From Longimicrobiales bacterium (GTDB lineage Bacteria; Gemmatimonadota; Gemmatimonadetes; Longimicrobiales; Gaopeijiaceae), in assembly GCA_965249725.1 (NCBI GenBank), contig OZ252251.1:320001-384000 (forward strand): a DNA stretch of 64,000 nucleotides, read 5' to 3'. Position numbers and translations under genes: made by a program. Every line of letters starts with the position of its first letter. The first letter of the stretch is position 1. The notes under the pieces were generated by a model. The model did not search any database, was not told where the DNA came from, and worked only from the letters and a program-made list of their open reading frames with translations. Of this stretch, positions 61,137 through 64,000 are shown in pieces.

Positions 61137-62336
61137 TCAGTCTTCGTACTTCCCGGCTAGGATGAACTCGTCGATCTCTCCGGCTCGCTCCTCGGCGTCG
61201 TTTTCGCCGAGCTCGATGAGCCGATGGATGTAGTCTGGCTGGAACAGGACCAAGCTGAGGAGGTCCGGGCTCGTGGTCTGCCGCGTACCGAGTCCTCGGG
61301 TGAGGAAACGGAAGGTCTTCGGCAGGTGCGGCTCGAACTCGTTCGCCAGACGCCCAAGATCGACCGAGGGACGCAGGACCAGGAGCCTTACCAGTCGTAG
61401 CCCGTCCCGCCCGTTCCGGGGCACTTGGTCGATCAACTGGTTCAACCGTTCCAGGCGCAGCGCGTCCTGGTCGAGGAGATCGAGAAAGACCGAATTCAAC
61501 AGCACCCCGAGTACCTGGGCCGGGGGCGGATAGCCGGTCACCTCGGGCACTCTGGCCTCCGCCGCCGACCGGTCGTAGCGCGTCGAGATTGCCAGGATTT
61601 TCTCGGCCCCGAGATGAAGGGCGGGGGAGAGGGGTGCGGCCAGGCGCACGCCGCCGTCTCCGTAGAACTCGTCCGCGACGCGGATGGCCGGAAAGAAAAG
61701 CGGGAGCGCCGATGACGCCATGACGTGATCGACGGTGAGAACCGTCTTGCGTGAGCGTCTCTGAGGCCGGCTCCAGTCCTTTAGATCACACCCTTGGATC
61801 CAGGTGACGGACTGACCGGTGGTGTAGCTCGACGAACTGATCGCGACCGCTTTGAGCCGGCCGACCGAAAGGTTGTACTGGATGCCCGTGAGCTCGCCGT
61901 CCACGGCGTGCATGACCTCGGCCAGATACGCACGCAACGGTGATGTGTCGACCAGCCCTTTCACCCGCACTGCCCCCCCCACACCGCCAGACAGCAACTG
62001 GAACACCCAGCGTGTGCCCGTCCATCCGAGGGACGGCGTGTCCACACGGAAGACGTCCTCGACCGTGAGTCGCTGCCAGAGGGCGACCAACTCCTCGACA
62101 GACTGGTGAAACGACCCGTGGTGTGACGCCAGGTGCGCGGCGTTGATCGCACCGGCGGATACGCCGGTGACGATCGGGACCTCGAGGTCGGGATACCGAC
62201 GAGCCAGGTAGCGGAGGAACCCTACCTGATATGCGGCCCGTGCTCCCCCACCCCCCATGACCAGCCCCAGGTCGGGGCCGCCTCTGGGGGCCGCGTAGAG
62301 CGGGGAGTCGGGTGAGTTTTCTGGAGTTGTCGTCAT
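61137..62336 (-). CDS. Patatin-like phospholipase
   Basis: GGGARAAY, GVSAG nucleophile elbow, DGG. Confidence 0.93.
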   Translation of the reverse strand: MTTTPENSPDSPLYAAPRGGPDLGLVMGGGGARAAYQVGFLRYLARRYPDLEVPIVTGVSAGAINAAHLASHHGSFHQSVEELVALWQRLTVEDVFRVDTPSLGWTGTRWVFQLLSGGVGGAVRVKGLVDTSPLRAYLAEVMHAVDGELTGIQYNLSVGRLKAVAISSSSYTTGQSVTWIQGCDLKDWSRPQRRSRKTVLTVDHVMASSALPLFFPAIRVADEFYGDGGVRLAAPLSPALHLGAEKILAISTRYDRSAAEARVPEVTGYPPPAQVLGVLLNSVFLDLLDQDALRLERLNQLIDQVPRNGRDGLRLVRLLVLRPSVDLGRLANEFEPHLPKTFRFLTRGLGTRQTTSPDLLSLVLFQPDYIHRLIELGENDAEERAGEIDEFILAGKYED

Positions 62337-62373
62337 CTGCGCCTAATCACGACTCGGTGCCGGGGGTTTCCGC

Positions 62374-62766
62374 CTAGCCTACCAACGGTCGGCCGATGGC
62401 CATCATGCCTACCGCGATGACGATGAGGGCAACGAGCGCCCAGACGCCGTGAGGAAGATAGGTCTTCTCCTCGTCCGGTCTCCGGCGCATGACCGAAACG
62501 GGAATCTGACCCGCGGCCGCGGCGAAGAGCATCATCACGAGGTGCCCGGCCACGGCGGGCTGGAACCGACCCGAGAAGATGAGCGCCAGTCCCAGGAGGA
62601 GCTGAAGGTGCATGAGTCCCGCGAAGCTCGACGAGATGATGCGCATCTTGCTGTCGTAAGGGCGTTTCGAGACCGCGCCGTAAATGGAGTACAGCACGGT
62701 CAGGATGCCCGCGAGGAGGACCAGGTATCGAAATCCCGAATGGGACTGAAGGAAGAAGGTGCTCAT
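62374..62766 (-). CDS. Four-helix membrane protein with His residues, possibly heme b-binding
   Basis: HSGFRYLV, HLQLLLG, GHLVMM. Confidence 0.7.
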   Translation of the reverse strand: MSTFFLQSHSGFRYLVLLAGILTVLYSIYGAVSKRPYDSKMRIISSSFAGLMHLQLLLGLALIFSGRFQPAVAGHLVMMLFAAAAGQIPVSVMRRRPDEEKTYLPHGVWALVALIVIAVGMMAIGRPLVG

Positions 62767-62820
62767 TTGACCCTTGGTAGTTAGGCGATTCTCTGCTCGC
62801 GGCGTATCTCGCTGCGAGCG

Positions 62821-64000
62821 TTACATGGACTCCAGGACCCGAGCCAGCCGGGCCTCCAGGGCGGCTTTGCGCCCCACGTGCTCAGCGGTGGGAGGATAGA
62901 GTGAACCGGGCTGTACGGCACCTCCGTCGAGGGCATCCGAAAGCTGTTGGGCACTACGTCGGATTTCACACAACTCGCCGTCGGTCCCTGCGGGTCGTTC
63001 ACCACCGCCGAATCCGAATCCGGGGCAGCTCAACCCCGGCCGCACTTCCTCGATGCTTCGGGCCACCTCAAGGAGATCCAGAAGGAACGCCTCCCGCTCC
63101 TCGTACATGGCCTGCGTGACCGGCATTTGCGGATCGCCCCGCACGTCGACCGTCTGGCTGGAGGTCTCCCCCCGCGCCTCCAGGGTCACCGTATACCGTC
63201 CGGGCGACACCCACGGGCCCAGGTTGTCGATCGGCCGCGCCAGCTTTGGATCCTCATGAGGACGCCATGTCTCTCGCTCGCCTGAAGGGGCATTCCGCAG
63301 GTCCCAGTTCATCCGATGGATGCCGGCCCCGGACGGCACGGCGAAGTCCCGTACCATTCGTCCCGACGAATTCGTGACGATCATCCGTGCTTCGCCCCCT
63401 CCCGCACCCAAGCTGTAGGTGATGAGGGCGCCGGACACCGGGTTCTCTCCCGCGAACTCCGCTTGGCCGCGATACGACGTGACCTTCCGGTAGTTGAAGA
63501 TCGTGGCGTGCTGGATGCTGAATACGTGCGCCCCGGCGGAGGCCACGTCGGCGGTCCACTCGGCCAATGGACTGGTATCATCGAGAATCCAGACACTCTG
63601 GCCGTGCGTTCCCAGCACCAGGTCCTTTTCCCTCGGATGAACGACCATGTCGTCGACATGTGTGGTGGGCATGTTGGGCAGCTTGGCCCAATTCGCACCG
63701 CGATCCGTGCTCACGAACACCGAATGTTCGGAGCCGGCGAAGAGGACGTCCGCATTGTCCGGGTGCTCGACCAAGGAGTTCAGAGAGCCAGAAGGCAGGC
63801 CACCCACGACCGACTCCCAGGTCTGTCCGAAGTCCTCGGTGCGGAACAGGTAAGGGTCGAAGTCTCCGTCGCGGTGCGCATCGAAGGCCACATAAGCCAC
63901 CCCACCCCCCACTTGTGAGGCGACGATCCGGCTCACGTAGGTGCCATCCGCGATACCGGTGACGTTGCGGCTCACCTCGATCCAGTTGCGGCCTCCGTCG
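62821..64000 (-). CDS. BNR/Asp-box beta-propeller (VPS10-like glycosyl-hydrolase-related) protein, 5' partial
   Basis: RTEDFGQTW and STDRGANW Asp boxes, DLVLGTHG, WDLR...PGRYTVTL; frame runs off the window end. Confidence 0.88.
   Translation of the reverse strand, partial: DGGRNWIEVSRNVTGIADGTYVSRIVASQVGGGVAYVAFDAHRDGDFDPYLFRTEDFGQTWESVVGGLPSGSLNSLVEHPDNADVLFAGSEHSVFVSTDRGANWAKLPNMPTTHVDDMVVHPREKDLVLGTHGQSVWILDDTSPLAEWTADVASAGAHVFSIQHATIFNYRKVTSYRGQAEFAGENPVSGALITYSLGAGGGEARMIVTNSSGRMVRDFAVPSGAGIHRMNWDLRNAPSGERETWRPHEDPKLARPIDNLGPWVSPGRYTVTLEARGETSSQTVDVRGDPQMPVTQAMYEEREAFLLDLLEVARSIEEVRPGLSCPGFGFGGGERPAGTDGELCEIRRSAQQLSDALDGGAVQPGSLYPPTAEHVGRKAALEARLARVLESM

Overview
GC-rich (roughly two-thirds G+C by eye) bacterial chromosomal segment of about 55 mostly housekeeping genes; gene content and style suggest Gemmatimonadota (inference only). 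Recognisable genes include oppD/oppF-type ATPases, an ExbB/TolQ protein, a TPR-Slt lytic transglycosylase, a cold-shock protein, polA, ssb, two region-1.1-less sigma-70 factors and an ECF sigma, maeB, pckA, a YtrA-regulated ABC operon, mmsA/class-III aminotransferase/Na+-symporter, a UvrC-like nuclease, rsgA, a BtuFCD-like importer, trpE, a PspA protein, ctaA, an acyl-CoA dehydrogenase and a patatin. I saw no tRNA, rRNA, CRISPR array, transposase, integrase or prophage. Most notable observations: (1) an intact SbcD/SbcC-like pair in which several SbcD metal-ligand motifs and every SbcC ATPase motif are degenerate but the zinc hook is kept, coupled to a membrane protein; (2) a ~300-nt structured, switch-like leader before the sigma gene at 34636, and nested inverted repeats before the sigma gene at 13212; (3) a YtrA ABC operon with two Cys-paired, HEXXH-less peptidase-like membrane-anchored subunits; (4) a Fur-like box on an ECF sigma-pspA unit; (5) a candidate direct-repeat SOS box; (6) a V4R protein paired with a His-less kinase; (7) a dihaem cytochrome c with a His/Glu-rich insert; (8) several apparently leaderless genes. 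All family calls come from motif recognition by eye; no database search was run.
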